Part shown: in pieces, positions 29,675 through 38,975 of the stretch
Numbering within the stretch: position 1 is the stretch's first letter
How the letters are laid out: the number at the start of each line of letters is the position of its first letter
Assembly (NCBI GenBank): GCA_963718525.1
Contig: OY970355.1
Location: 2,048,001 to 2,112,000 of the forward strand
Direction of reading: 5' to 3'
DNA: 64,000 bases
Source of the DNA: Candidatus Dormiibacterota bacterium
GTDB lineage: Bacteria; Chloroflexota; Dormibacteria; Aeolococcales; Aeolococcaceae
Notes under the pieces: model-generated
What the model saw: only the letters and a program-made list of their open reading frames with translations
Database searches by the model: none
What the model was told of the DNA's origin: nothing
Translations under genes and position numbers: made by a program

Positions 29675-29914
29675 TCATCTGGTCTGCACACCGCGGACGC
29701 TGCCCTTGGTGCGCTTGGACCGCTGGACGCTGACCCGAAGGATGACGATGACAACGAGCGGGATGACCAACCACGTCGGGAACCGCACCTTGTTGAGCAG
29801 GAACGTCGATACGAGGCCGATGGCAACCGCCGCGGCCACCGTCCAATCGTCTCCGATGATGAACCGATACCAGAATCTGCCAAAGGCGACCAGCCACGAC
29901 ACGACCCGCATCAT
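29675..29914 (-). CDS. Small membrane protein
   Basis: FWYRFIIGDDWTVAAAV with 2 TM segments; translationally coupled to the upstream gene. Confidence 0.7.
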   Translation of the reverse strand: MMRVVSWLVAFGRFWYRFIIGDDWTVAAAVAIGLVSTFLLNKVRFPTWLVIPLVVIVILRVSVQRSKRTKGSVRGVQTR

Positions 29915-30657
29915 CGCGCCACCTTGTTCAGATTCAGGGTTGCTCTGCCGCGGCGCGCGCCACGGCGCTCGACGGCGATGTTGATCGCGGCGGTGACCGC
30001 GTAGAGGGCCAGCAGAACGAGGATGGCCGCGTCACCTCCAGGCCAACTCACCCCGAGACCCTCGGTCGCCCAGAACGAGCCGAAGGTGGTGAGGAGGAGG
30101 CCAACGACGAGTTGCAGGAAGCTGCGCGGAATTCGTGCCACGAGACTTGAGAGGATCGCCCCGACCGCGCCAACCACGAGGAGCGCGGCGGCACCACCGA
30201 CGACGGAGACTCCCAGCTGCCCGGCGGTAGCCCCAACCGAGACGACGATGAACGCGACCTCCAGTCCCTCGAGCAACACGCCCTTGAAGGACAGGACGAA
30301 TGCGGTCCAGTCGACACCCGTTCCTGTCCACACCTCGGCGTCCTGATTCGCGTCGACGTGCATGCCTGCGAATCCACGCGCCGCTACCCGGACGACGCCT
30401 TTGCGAAGCCACTGCAACCCGAAGACCAGCAGCAGCGCGCCGATGATGAGCCTGAGCGGAGCGATCGGAATCGCGCTGAGTGCCAGGCCGAAGACTGCGA
30501 CGATCACCACCAGCACAGCGAATCCGGCCGACGCCCCCAACAACGTGGAGCGCCAGCCACGGGTCGCCCCGACCCCGACCACGATCGTGACCATCTCGAT
30601 CGCCTCGACCGCCGATGCCAGGAAGGCAGTGATCAGAACGGGCACGAATCCGGTCAT
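29911..30657 (-). CDS. COG4280 / FTR1-GDT1-like membrane protein
   Basis: Duplicated ExxE motifs (VEAIEMVTIV, LEGLEVAFIV); ATGA overlap with the aldo-keto reductase gene. Confidence 0.75.
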   Translation of the reverse strand: MTGFVPVLITAFLASAVEAIEMVTIVVGVGATRGWRSTLLGASAGFAVLVVIVAVFGLALSAIPIAPLRLIIGALLLVFGLQWLRKGVVRVAARGFAGMHVDANQDAEVWTGTGVDWTAFVLSFKGVLLEGLEVAFIVVSVGATAGQLGVSVVGGAAALLVVGAVGAILSSLVARIPRSFLQLVVGLLLTTFGSFWATEGLGVSWPGGDAAILVLLALYAVTAAINIAVERRGARRGRATLNLNKVAR

Positions 30658-31721
30658 GCCGGCATCCGCGCTCCGTGCCATGCACCTGGACCGGTGATAA
30701 CCGCAGGTTCGACCAGCCCTGACCCGGCGCCGACCGTGTTGAGCGCCCGGACGATCTCTCCGAGATCCTCCGCCGACAACCGGAGCCTTGCGGCGTCGAT
30801 CCAGCCATCGACCTGCGCCGCGTCGCGAGCGCCAACGATGGCACCCGTCACCCCCGGCCACGCCAGCGTCCAGGCCACCGCCACCGCCGACACGGAGGTG
30901 CCATTGCGATACGCCACCGGCCGCAGCGCGTCGCGGAGGGCGAGGTTGCGGGACAACCTCGGCTCCAGGAACTCCGCAGAGCGGCGACGCCAGTCGTTGT
31001 CCGCCATCGCCGCAACGCGGTTCACCGAGAAGGTGTCAGTGAGGATGCCTGACTGCATCGGGCTATACACGATAACTCCAGTGCCGTGCGCGGCCGCCCA
31101 GGGGATGACGTCAGCTCCGGAGGCGCGGCGGATCAACGAGAAAGGAGGCTGCACCGAATCCACGTGGCGCACCGCCTCGGCGCGCTCCAGGAGCGCGACG
31201 TCAAAGTTCGAGACGCCGGCGGCACGGACCTTCCCCTCGTCGACGAGCTGCGCCATCTCGCCCCAGGACTCTTCGATCGGCGTGCCGGTCTCGTCGGGCC
31301 AGTGAAACTGATACAGGTCAATTCGCTCGACGCCGAGGCGATGGAGCGACGCCTCGACCTCACGTCGAATGGACGCAGGCTTGAGGTTGCGCTGGGGCTC
31401 CTCGAACGGCCTGGCGAGATCGCGAATCATGCCGCCCTTGGTGAAGACGAACGGTCGCTCCGCTGCCGGGATCTCCCGAAGGGCGCGGCCAACGACCTCC
31501 TCGGAATGACCAAGACCGTAGATCGCTGCGGTGTCGATCCAATTCACGCCGCGATCGACCGCGTGGAGGATGGCTGCGACCGAATCCGCATCGTCCTGGG
31601 GTCCCCAGCCATACGCCCAACGTCCGCCGCCGATCGCCCACGCCCCGAAGCCGACGGTGGTGAGTACGAGATCGGTCGATCCGAACCGCCGAGTGGTGAG
31701 TGTCTGATTTGCTGTTGGCAT
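30654..31721 (-). CDS. Aldo/keto reductase
   Basis: GFGAWAIGG, WIDTAAIYGLGHSEE, IDLYQFHWPD, GVSNF and YSPMQSG. Confidence 0.92.
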   Translation of the reverse strand: MPTANQTLTTRRFGSTDLVLTTVGFGAWAIGGGRWAYGWGPQDDADSVAAILHAVDRGVNWIDTAAIYGLGHSEEVVGRALREIPAAERPFVFTKGGMIRDLARPFEEPQRNLKPASIRREVEASLHRLGVERIDLYQFHWPDETGTPIEESWGEMAQLVDEGKVRAAGVSNFDVALLERAEAVRHVDSVQPPFSLIRRASGADVIPWAAAHGTGVIVYSPMQSGILTDTFSVNRVAAMADNDWRRRSAEFLEPRLSRNLALRDALRPVAYRNGTSVSAVAVAWTLAWPGVTGAIVGARDAAQVDGWIDAARLRLSAEDLGEIVRALNTVGAGSGLVEPAVITGPGAWHGARMPA

Positions 31722-31748
31722 GGCACCTGCTCCATGAACGTAAGTACT

Positions 31749-31801
31749 TCGATATGAAGATACTTGACGGCGTACTATGCTGTCAAGTATCTTCATATCG
31801 A
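31749..31801. promoter_or_regulatory. MarR operator region: perfect 20-bp inverted repeat
   Basis: TCGATATGAAGATACTTGAC-N13-GTCAAGTATCTTCATATCGA between the divergent akr and marR genes. Confidence 0.75.
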
Positions 31802-31815
31802 GATATAATCTGCAT

Positions 31816-32421
31816 ATGCAAGAGGATGCCATCGATCGGATCGTGCACCAGTGGAATCGCGAGCGGCCCCTCCTTGACGTGTCCGTGACTCACGTCCTGC
31901 AACGCATCTCGCGGCTGTACCTGCTCCAGTCGGCGACCTTCGCGGAAGTCTTCGATCGCTACGACATCAGCTTCGGCGAATTCGAGGTGCTGGCCGCGCT
32001 TCTCCGATCAGGGCCTCCATACCAGATGACTCCCACCCAACTGGTTGACTCCGTCGTGCTCTCGTCGGGAGCGATGACCAACCGGATCGATCGAGTCGAA
32101 GCGCTTGGGCTGGTCGAGCGTCTTCCGGATCCCCACGACCGGCGGGGCACGCTCGTCGCTCTCACCAGGGAAGGACTCAAGACCGTCGATGCGGCAGTGG
32201 TCGCCCACCTGGCGAACGAGGAGCGCCTTCTCGGCGCGCTCTCGCCGGCCGAGCGCGGAACGCTTGCCCGCCTGCTGCGCAAGTTGCTCCTGTCGGATCC
32301 GTTTGCTGCGCACGACACTCCCCGGACCGTCGACGATGGCGCCCGGTCGGCGCGCCGGCGGCGCGGCAACAACAGGCTCAAAACGGCATCGGCGGTTCGG
32401 GTCGGCAAGGCCCCCAGGTGA
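31816..32421 (+). CDS. MarR family regulator (UrtR/TamR/PecS-like)
   Basis: DAIDRIVHQWNRERP N-terminal helix, FEVLAALLRSG, SSGAMTNRIDRVE and DRRG. Confidence 0.88.
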   Translation: MQEDAIDRIVHQWNRERPLLDVSVTHVLQRISRLYLLQSATFAEVFDRYDISFGEFEVLAALLRSGPPYQMTPTQLVDSVVLSSGAMTNRIDRVEALGLVERLPDPHDRRGTLVALTREGLKTVDAAVVAHLANEERLLGALSPAERGTLARLLRKLLLSDPFAAHDTPRTVDDGARSARRRRGNNRLKTASAVRVGKAPR

Positions 32422-32473
32422 CCTCACCGACACCGCCGCCTACAACGCCGCTACGCGTCCCTCGCGTAAAGGG

Positions 32474-32674
32474 TCACGAGTAGCGTCGAATCGGCCTGAT
32501 CGTGTGGCCTGTGACCTCGGTACTAGGCTGCCATTGTCGACCACACTCGACGCACTCATAGCTGGCGACGAACGTCCGGCCCGTGGTACCGGACGCTGCG
32601 ACCTCGCGCGTATGCACGACCACTTCCTCAGATCTGCACTCGATACACTCCGGGAGATCGTGATCACGCATCAT
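32474..32674 (-). CDS. Small zinc-ribbon protein
   Basis: CIEC...YECVECGRQW, two CxxC motifs in 66 aa. Confidence 0.5.
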   Translation of the reverse strand: MMRDHDLPECIECRSEEVVVHTREVAASGTTGRTFVASYECVECGRQWQPSTEVTGHTIRPIRRYS

Positions 32675-32799
32675 GGCCACCTTGCGCTGACGTGCCGGGA
32701 AATGCCCGCAACCTACACCTCGACCTCCGTTCGGATGTTGCATCTGTGTCACGGCTGCTGCCGCTTCACCTAATCGATTTGACCAAAAGGAGATCCACC

Positions 32800-33294
32800 A
32801 TGGCCTGGCAACACCAGTGGGGCAAGCATCCGACGGTTCGTGGTAGCGACCAACTCTCACTTGGCGAAAGAGCCGCCGACAAGATGCGCAACGGCATGGG
32901 GTCATGGCCCTTTGTGTTCGTCTTCTTCGGCGTCATGATCGTCTGGGCGGTCATCAACGGCGTCCTGCACGTGGGTGGTGGCTCAGGCTTTGATCCGTAC
33001 CCATTCATCCTGCTCAACTTGTTTCTCTCGATGCTGGCAGGAATTCAGGCCGCCGCCCTGTTGATCGCCGCGAAACGCGCCGACGCGGTTGCGTCCGAGG
33101 TGGCACTGCATACCGAAAACAACACCGACGATATCAAGACGTTGCTCGCAGAGAACACAGCCCTGACCGCGCAGGTGAAGAAGGCCACCGACCTCCTCGA
33201 TGAGATTCACCTCCACGTTGCCAACATCGGCAAGAAGGTAGGTGCTGAGATGGGTCGCTTCGCTCCCGGCGAGATACCGCCCACGGATACATGA
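32800..33294 (+). CDS. DUF1003 family membrane protein
   Basis: GERAAD...GSWPF...FDPYPFILLNLFLSMLA; AGGAG RBS. Confidence 0.85.
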   Translation: MAWQHQWGKHPTVRGSDQLSLGERAADKMRNGMGSWPFVFVFFGVMIVWAVINGVLHVGGGSGFDPYPFILLNLFLSMLAGIQAAALLIAAKRADAVASEVALHTENNTDDIKTLLAENTALTAQVKKATDLLDEIHLHVANIGKKVGAEMGRFAPGEIPPTDT

Positions 33295-33406
33295 TCGACG
33301 AGACCCGCCACACGCTGGTCCCCGCCAACGACAGCGCCGGACCTGACGGCGTTCCGGTGGATCAGGCGGCGGTGCCAAAGGGCGCGGCGACGGTCAGGCC
33401 GGATGC

Positions 33407-34807
33407 TCAGGCGCCGAGCGCGACGCCGGCGATGGCGAGTTGTGCCGTCGTCGGCTCGGCGCAGCAGAACCAGGGCTCACTCAGACGAGGCGGAGCGTCA
33501 CGTTCCGGAAGCAGCGGCATTTCGGCGTCGGGCCAGGGGAGCCCTTCGTCGAGTGCAGCTTTCGCGGTGAGCCGGCGGATGGCAGTATGCGTCGACCGCG
33601 GCGATACCCCGGCGTCGGCGTCCGCTGCCACGAGCTCGGCAATCGACGTCTGGAGCGCATCCATCAGGGGATCAGGATGCTGCCAGAGATGACTGAAACC
33701 TGCGCTGTCGTAGCCGCACAGGTGTTCGCGCATCTCCGGCAGCGCCAGCAGCAGTGACCCGGGCGGAACCAGGAGCCGGATGCTCAGCTGAACCGGGTCC
33801 ACACTTTCGATGAGATCGTTGGTCGCGATGAGGTCGAGCAGATCGATCTGGTCACGGAGCGTCGTCCACGGCGTGAACGGCAGGAGCGAAGGCCGGAGCT
33901 CGACGCCCAGCGCCCGGCAGAAGCGCAGTGCTACCAGGACGTCCTCAGCCGAATGTCCCTTGTCGAGAAGCTCGAGCACGCGGGGGCTCGTGGACTCCAC
34001 GGCGGAAACGATAAAGAGAAGGCCGAGCCGGCGCAGCTCGGCGATGACGTGAGGGTGCTCGAGAATGTGCTCAACCTTGGTCGTGATGTCGAAGGTGAGA
34101 CTGGGGCAGCGCTCATGAATGGCGCGCACGATTGCGATCGCATGCGGGACGGCGTTCAGGAAGTCTGGATCGCCGAAGGTGAGGTGGCGCATGCCGTCAT
34201 CCCAGAGCTGGACGACGTCGTCGACAAGTACGTCGCGCTGCCAGACGCGAATCCGCCCGTCGTACACCGCGGGCACGGGGCAGTGCCGGCAGCGGTGCAC
34301 GCAACCGCGCGATGCCTCGACATAGCCCGTAACGCGCTCCTCGCCGCCAATCCTGAGGCGTGTGTACCGATCGAGCGAGGGCAGAAGATCACGAGCGGGC
34401 AACGGAAACCGGAGCCGGTCCAGCACGACCGAATGCCGGTCAGGTGAACCGTTGGCCACGCCGACCAGGGCGTCCTCGTACTCGCCGCCGATCGTGGTGT
34501 CCACGAGCCCGGGTTCAAGGGCTGGGCCGCAGAGCGGGGCATAGAGCCCGAACAGCACGATGCGAACGTCTGCCCCGCGGCGGGATCGAACGGCTCGGGC
34601 AACCGGGACCGCCATGCGCATTGCCGTGTGCATTGGAACAGCGATGGCGACCAGGTCGGGGGTGTCGAGATCTGCCTCGTCGAGGGGTTGAACCGAGAGG
34701 TCAACAGCGGTGACGAGATGACCCGCGCCACGCAGAAAGGCAGCGGCCGAGGCAACGTGGAGTGGTTGATGGCCGAGCTCGTAGCAGGAGACGAGCAGAA
34801 CCCTCAT
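33407..34807 (-). CDS. B12-binding radical SAM protein, CUAEP/CCAEP-tail family (Cys form)
   Basis: CYELGHQP N-terminus, CVHRCRHC (CxxxCxxC) and C-terminal SEPWFCCAEPT. Confidence 0.85.
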   Translation of the reverse strand: MRVLLVSCYELGHQPLHVASAAAFLRGAGHLVTAVDLSVQPLDEADLDTPDLVAIAVPMHTAMRMAVPVARAVRSRRGADVRIVLFGLYAPLCGPALEPGLVDTTIGGEYEDALVGVANGSPDRHSVVLDRLRFPLPARDLLPSLDRYTRLRIGGEERVTGYVEASRGCVHRCRHCPVPAVYDGRIRVWQRDVLVDDVVQLWDDGMRHLTFGDPDFLNAVPHAIAIVRAIHERCPSLTFDITTKVEHILEHPHVIAELRRLGLLFIVSAVESTSPRVLELLDKGHSAEDVLVALRFCRALGVELRPSLLPFTPWTTLRDQIDLLDLIATNDLIESVDPVQLSIRLLVPPGSLLLALPEMREHLCGYDSAGFSHLWQHPDPLMDALQTSIAELVAADADAGVSPRSTHTAIRRLTAKAALDEGLPWPDAEMPLLPERDAPPRLSEPWFCCAEPTTAQLAIAGVALGA

Positions 34808-34879
34808 TGAACCGAGGATACGGGAACGCGCAAAGTGGAGCGCAGCCCTTCGTGGCGGCCGCCGTCTAAGCTAGGAGCG

Positions 34880-35530
34880 ATGAGTTGATTCATCGACCTC
34901 AGCCACCCCGTGGTTGAGGGAATGGAGACGTATCGACCGCTGCCCACACCGACGGTCGAGGTCCTCAACGACTTTGACGCGTCCCGCTATGACGGCAAGT
35001 CGGAGTTTCTCATCGCGTCCCTGCATCTGTGCGGGAACACTGGAACCTACGTCGACTCGCCCCGACACCGGTATCGAGCCGGCCTTGATCTTGCGGGACT
35101 TCCACTTGAGAGCCTCGCGAACCTTCCAGTAGTTGTCGCCGACGCCACCGACGCGGGTCGCGCGATCGGGCCTGATGCACTGCCCGCTGGCGACCTCCAT
35201 GGCAAAGCGTTGCTTGTCCGCACGGATTTTTCACGCCACTGGGGCACCGACGCGTATTTCTCCGACAACCCGTTCTTGACCGCCGAATCATGCGAGCGGC
35301 TGGTCGCGGCGGGCGTTGCGTTCGTCGGCATCGACTCACTGAACATCGACGACATCGCCGACATGGCGCGACCCGCCTACTCGGCGCTGCTCGGCGCCGG
35401 CGTGCCGATATGCGAGCACATGGCAAACCTGACCGCGATCAGCTCGGGCGGCCGCCTCCATGCGGTTCCCATCCCCTCGGTCGGCGGGGCGACCTTTCCG
35501 GTGCGGGCGTACGTCATCGCAGACGACTGA
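34880..35530 (+). pseudogene. Cyclase (kynurenine formamidase-like) family protein with an in-frame TGA at codon 3
   Basis: AGGAG RBS, then ATG AGT TGA TTC ATC GAC CTC AGC CAC (MS*FIDLSH); NTGTYVDSPRH, VGIDSLNIDD and ICEH motifs. Confidence 0.7.
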
Positions 35531-35753
35531 CTGAGACGCGATTGACCACGCCCGCGTCATGAACGTCCTTATGAAGTGATTAAGAAGCAGCGTGCTCGCT
35601 GGCGTTCAACGCTCGCTTTCCGATGGTGCTTACCGGTTCACAACCGTGTCCGAGCGAGTTGTTAACTGTGGACTTCTTAGGATTCGTGATGCCGCACGGA
35701 CCGGCTCCGGCCGGTACCGGCCAGTGTTCCCGGTGTCACAGGGAGAGGTCGAC

Positions 35754-38030
35754 ATGGAGAGACATCGCGTTCGTGCAGCGGCGGGAGCCGTTCACAGACT
35801 CCGTGGAGGATTCATCGGGGCGGCCGCGGTGCTCGCTGCCATTCCCGCATCGACCGTGCTCCCCATCGGCGGGACGGTGGCTGCAGCTGCGAGTGCACAC
35901 GTCTCCGCTGGAGGCTGCGTGCTCAACTCGCCGTCGGGAACGATCAAGCATGTGATCAGCCTCGTCTTCGACAACCTGCACTTCTCTCAAGACAACCCGA
36001 ACGTGCCGTCAGATCTCGCGCAGATGCCCAATCTGCTCAACTTCATGGAGAGCAACGGCGAGGTGCTGTCGAACGAGCACACGCCGCTCATCGCTCACAC
36101 CGCGGATGACATCCTCACGACGCTCACCGGCGTCTACGGGGACAAGCATGGCCAGCCGGTCGCCAACAGCTACGGAGTGTTCAACACGAACGGCACGAGC
36201 AGCTTCGCGAGTTCGTTCGCGTACTGGACCGACCCGGTGGCCACAACCACAACGGACACATCGCCAACGATGGTGGATCCGAAGGGAACGATCGCGCCGG
36301 CCCCGTGGGTACCGTTCACCCGAGCCGGCTGCGATGTGGGCGCGATCGCCACCGCGAACATCGAGGTCGAGAACTCGGACCCGGATCTGAAATCGATCTA
36401 CGGCGCGAACAGCCCGCAGTGGAAGGAGGTCCTGGCCGAGGAGAGCAAGTACGGGTATGCCGATCTCTCCGACGCGAATTACCAGGGCATCGTCGTGCAC
36501 TGCGCGCGCACCTCGTCGTCGGTCTGCGCGCAGAATCCGTCACTCGCAGCACCGGACAGGCTGCCCAATGAGCCTGGCGGCTACAAGGGATACCAGGCGC
36601 TGTACGGCAATGTGAACGTCGGCAGGCTGATCGGGGGAACGCCGGTCGCGGGACAGGGCGTCGAGGTCAGTGACCTCAACGGTCAGCCGCTCACGAGCTT
36701 CTACGCCGGCGGAGACATCGGTAAGACGTACTACGGGTTCCCCGGATTCGATGTCAGCGCCGCCCAGACGCTCGGGTACATCGCGGACATGCAGGAGCAC
36801 GGGGTCCCGATCACCTACGGGTACATTGAAGACGCGCACGACAATCACACGACCGACTCGGCGGCCGGCCCAGGTGATGCGGCATATGTGGCACAGCTCA
36901 AGGCCGACGACGCCGCGTTTGGCACGTTCTTCCAGCGGCTGCAGCACAACGGGATCACCACGGCAAACACGCTCTTCGTCATCAGCTCGGATGAAGGCGA
37001 TCACTTCGCGGGGACGCAGCATCCAGCACCTGCCGGCTGCAATGGCGTGACCGTCCCTTGCACGTATGCGAAGGGGACGATCGGCGAGGTGGATGTCGAC
37101 CTCACGGGCCTGCTCAAGGAGCAGTTCCCCAAGCAGATCACAGCCTTCTCGGTTCATGCCGACAGCGCGCCGAACTTTTACGTCAACGGCAAACCTGGTG
37201 CCGGCGCTGCCGTCGCCCGACAGCTGGAGCGCGACATGGGCGCGATCGTTGCTCCTGATCCGTACGCGAACAACGGCGCCGGCGCGACCGTTCCGCTCAC
37301 CCACTATCTGGCCGACCAGGTGGAGGAGACGGTGCTCCACATGAACACGGGCGATCCGAATCGCCTGCCGACGTTCACCGACTTCGCCAATCCCGCGTTC
37401 TACATCAGCACCGGACCGTCCACATGCCCGGCGCCGACAGCGTCGGAGACGGCGACGAGCGATCCGTGCGTCGTGATCAATCCGCAATATGCCTGGAACC
37501 ACGGCGATATTGCGCCCGAGATCAACACCAACTGGCTGGGTCTGGTGGGGCCCGGCGTCACGGCACGCGGCGTTGACGCGAAGACCTGGGCCGACGAGAC
37601 CGACGTCCGGCCGACCATGATGGCCCTGCTCGGGTTGCACGACGACTACGTGAGCGACGGGCGCGTCCTCGTTGGGGATGTCAGCCGCGCGCTCCTACCG
37701 GGCGCCTACAGCAGCGGCAAGCAGTTCGGGCAACTGCTCGAGCTCGAGAACGCCTACAAGCAGGTGAATGCGGACGTTGGCGCATTCACCGTCGCCACGC
37801 TCACGGCATCGACGCAGGCGCTTGAAAGCAGGTCGCACGGCGACGAGGTCTACCGCGCGATCGAGCGCGGGATCGCCCGCCTCGGGAGCGAGCGAGACGC
37901 GCTGGCAGCGAGGATCAGTGGGGCGCTGTACGACCTGGAGTTCGAGCATCAGGCCATCGCGTCGGATGCTGCCCAGCAGTGGACCAACCAGGCCGATGCG
38001 CTCATCGCTCAGGCGTGGGCACTCGCGTAG
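35754..38030 (+). CDS. Secreted alkaline-phosphatase-superfamily / phosphoesterase-like protein
   Basis: Signal peptide, IKHVISLVFDN, ISSDEGDHF and WNHGD...DVRPT metal-site-like motifs. Confidence 0.65.
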   Translation: MERHRVRAAAGAVHRLRGGFIGAAAVLAAIPASTVLPIGGTVAAAASAHVSAGGCVLNSPSGTIKHVISLVFDNLHFSQDNPNVPSDLAQMPNLLNFMESNGEVLSNEHTPLIAHTADDILTTLTGVYGDKHGQPVANSYGVFNTNGTSSFASSFAYWTDPVATTTTDTSPTMVDPKGTIAPAPWVPFTRAGCDVGAIATANIEVENSDPDLKSIYGANSPQWKEVLAEESKYGYADLSDANYQGIVVHCARTSSSVCAQNPSLAAPDRLPNEPGGYKGYQALYGNVNVGRLIGGTPVAGQGVEVSDLNGQPLTSFYAGGDIGKTYYGFPGFDVSAAQTLGYIADMQEHGVPITYGYIEDAHDNHTTDSAAGPGDAAYVAQLKADDAAFGTFFQRLQHNGITTANTLFVISSDEGDHFAGTQHPAPAGCNGVTVPCTYAKGTIGEVDVDLTGLLKEQFPKQITAFSVHADSAPNFYVNGKPGAGAAVARQLERDMGAIVAPDPYANNGAGATVPLTHYLADQVEETVLHMNTGDPNRLPTFTDFANPAFYISTGPSTCPAPTASETATSDPCVVINPQYAWNHGDIAPEINTNWLGLVGPGVTARGVDAKTWADETDVRPTMMALLGLHDDYVSDGRVLVGDVSRALLPGAYSSGKQFGQLLELENAYKQVNADVGAFTVATLTASTQALESRSHGDEVYRAIERGIARLGSERDALAARISGALYDLEFEHQAIASDAAQQWTNQADALIAQAWALA

Positions 38031-38054
38031 ACTCGGGCAGAAAGGAGGAGACGA

Positions 38055-38805
38055 ATGCCTGAGATGACGAGCTACGAACACGGCGTGCCGTCCTGGGTCG
38101 ATATCGGGACATCGGACCCACAAGCCAGCGTGGCCTTCTACAGCGAACTGTTCGGCTGGGAGGGTCAGGACCAGGGCGAGGAGGCGGGGCACTACACGAT
38201 CGCGTCGAAGGGAGGCAAGCAGGTTGCCGCGATCAGCCCGTCACAGGACCCAGGACCGCCGCGCTGGACCACGTATATCAATGTCGACGACATCGACGCG
38301 GCCGCGAGCAGAGCCCAAGCAGCAGGCGGGACAGTGATCGTCAGCCCCATGGACGTGATGACCGCCGGCCGCATGGCAATTTTCGCAGACACGACGGGAG
38401 CCGTCATCGCTGCATGGCAGCCGGGGAGCATGCGTGGCGCCGACCTCGTCAACGAAGCCGGTGCGTTCATCTGGAGCGAGCTGACAACTTCGGACCTGGC
38501 GAAGTCCAAGGCGTTCTACACGGCGGTGTTCGGCTGGGGATGGGGCGGCGTCGACGAGTATGCCGAGGGCCAGGTGCAGGGACGAACCATCGCCGGCGTC
38601 ATGCCGCGGCCTCCCGACGCGCCTGCTGAGGTGCCCGAACTCGTGGCTGGTGTACTTCGGCGCGGCCGACGTGGACGCAGCCGTCAAGAAGGCGACTGAG
38701 CTCGGAGCCGGCATCATCGTCGAGCCGCGCGATATTCCGGGGACGGGACGGTTCGCAGTCCTCATCGACCCTCAGGGCGCGGCGTTCGGGCTCTTCGCGG
38801 CGTAG
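38055..38805 (+). CDS. Two-domain VOC/glyoxalase protein (apparent +1 frameshift near 38639)
   Basis: GVPSWVD...FYSELFGW and WSELTT...FYTAVFGW; continues as WLVYFGAADVD...GRFAVLIDPQGA. Confidence 0.85.
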
Positions 38806-38906
38806 ACGGCGGCATCGCCGCATCAGGCGCGACGGCCCCGAGAAGAGGAACCGCGGGCTGCTACCCCTTGCAGACTGCCGTGCCTAGGTCTATCATCCCG
38901 GCCCAG

Positions 38907-38938
38907 CCTGTAAGCGCTTACTGGTAAGCGCTTACAGG
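38907..38938. promoter_or_regulatory. Tandem LacI-family operators
   Basis: CCT-GTAAGCGCTTAC-TG-GTAAGCGCTTAC-AGG: two perfect CG-centred palindromes upstream of the LacI gene. Confidence 0.85.
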
Positions 38939-38975
38939 GCCGGTCAGCATCCAGGCTGGAGGCGCCAGGCGCTGC

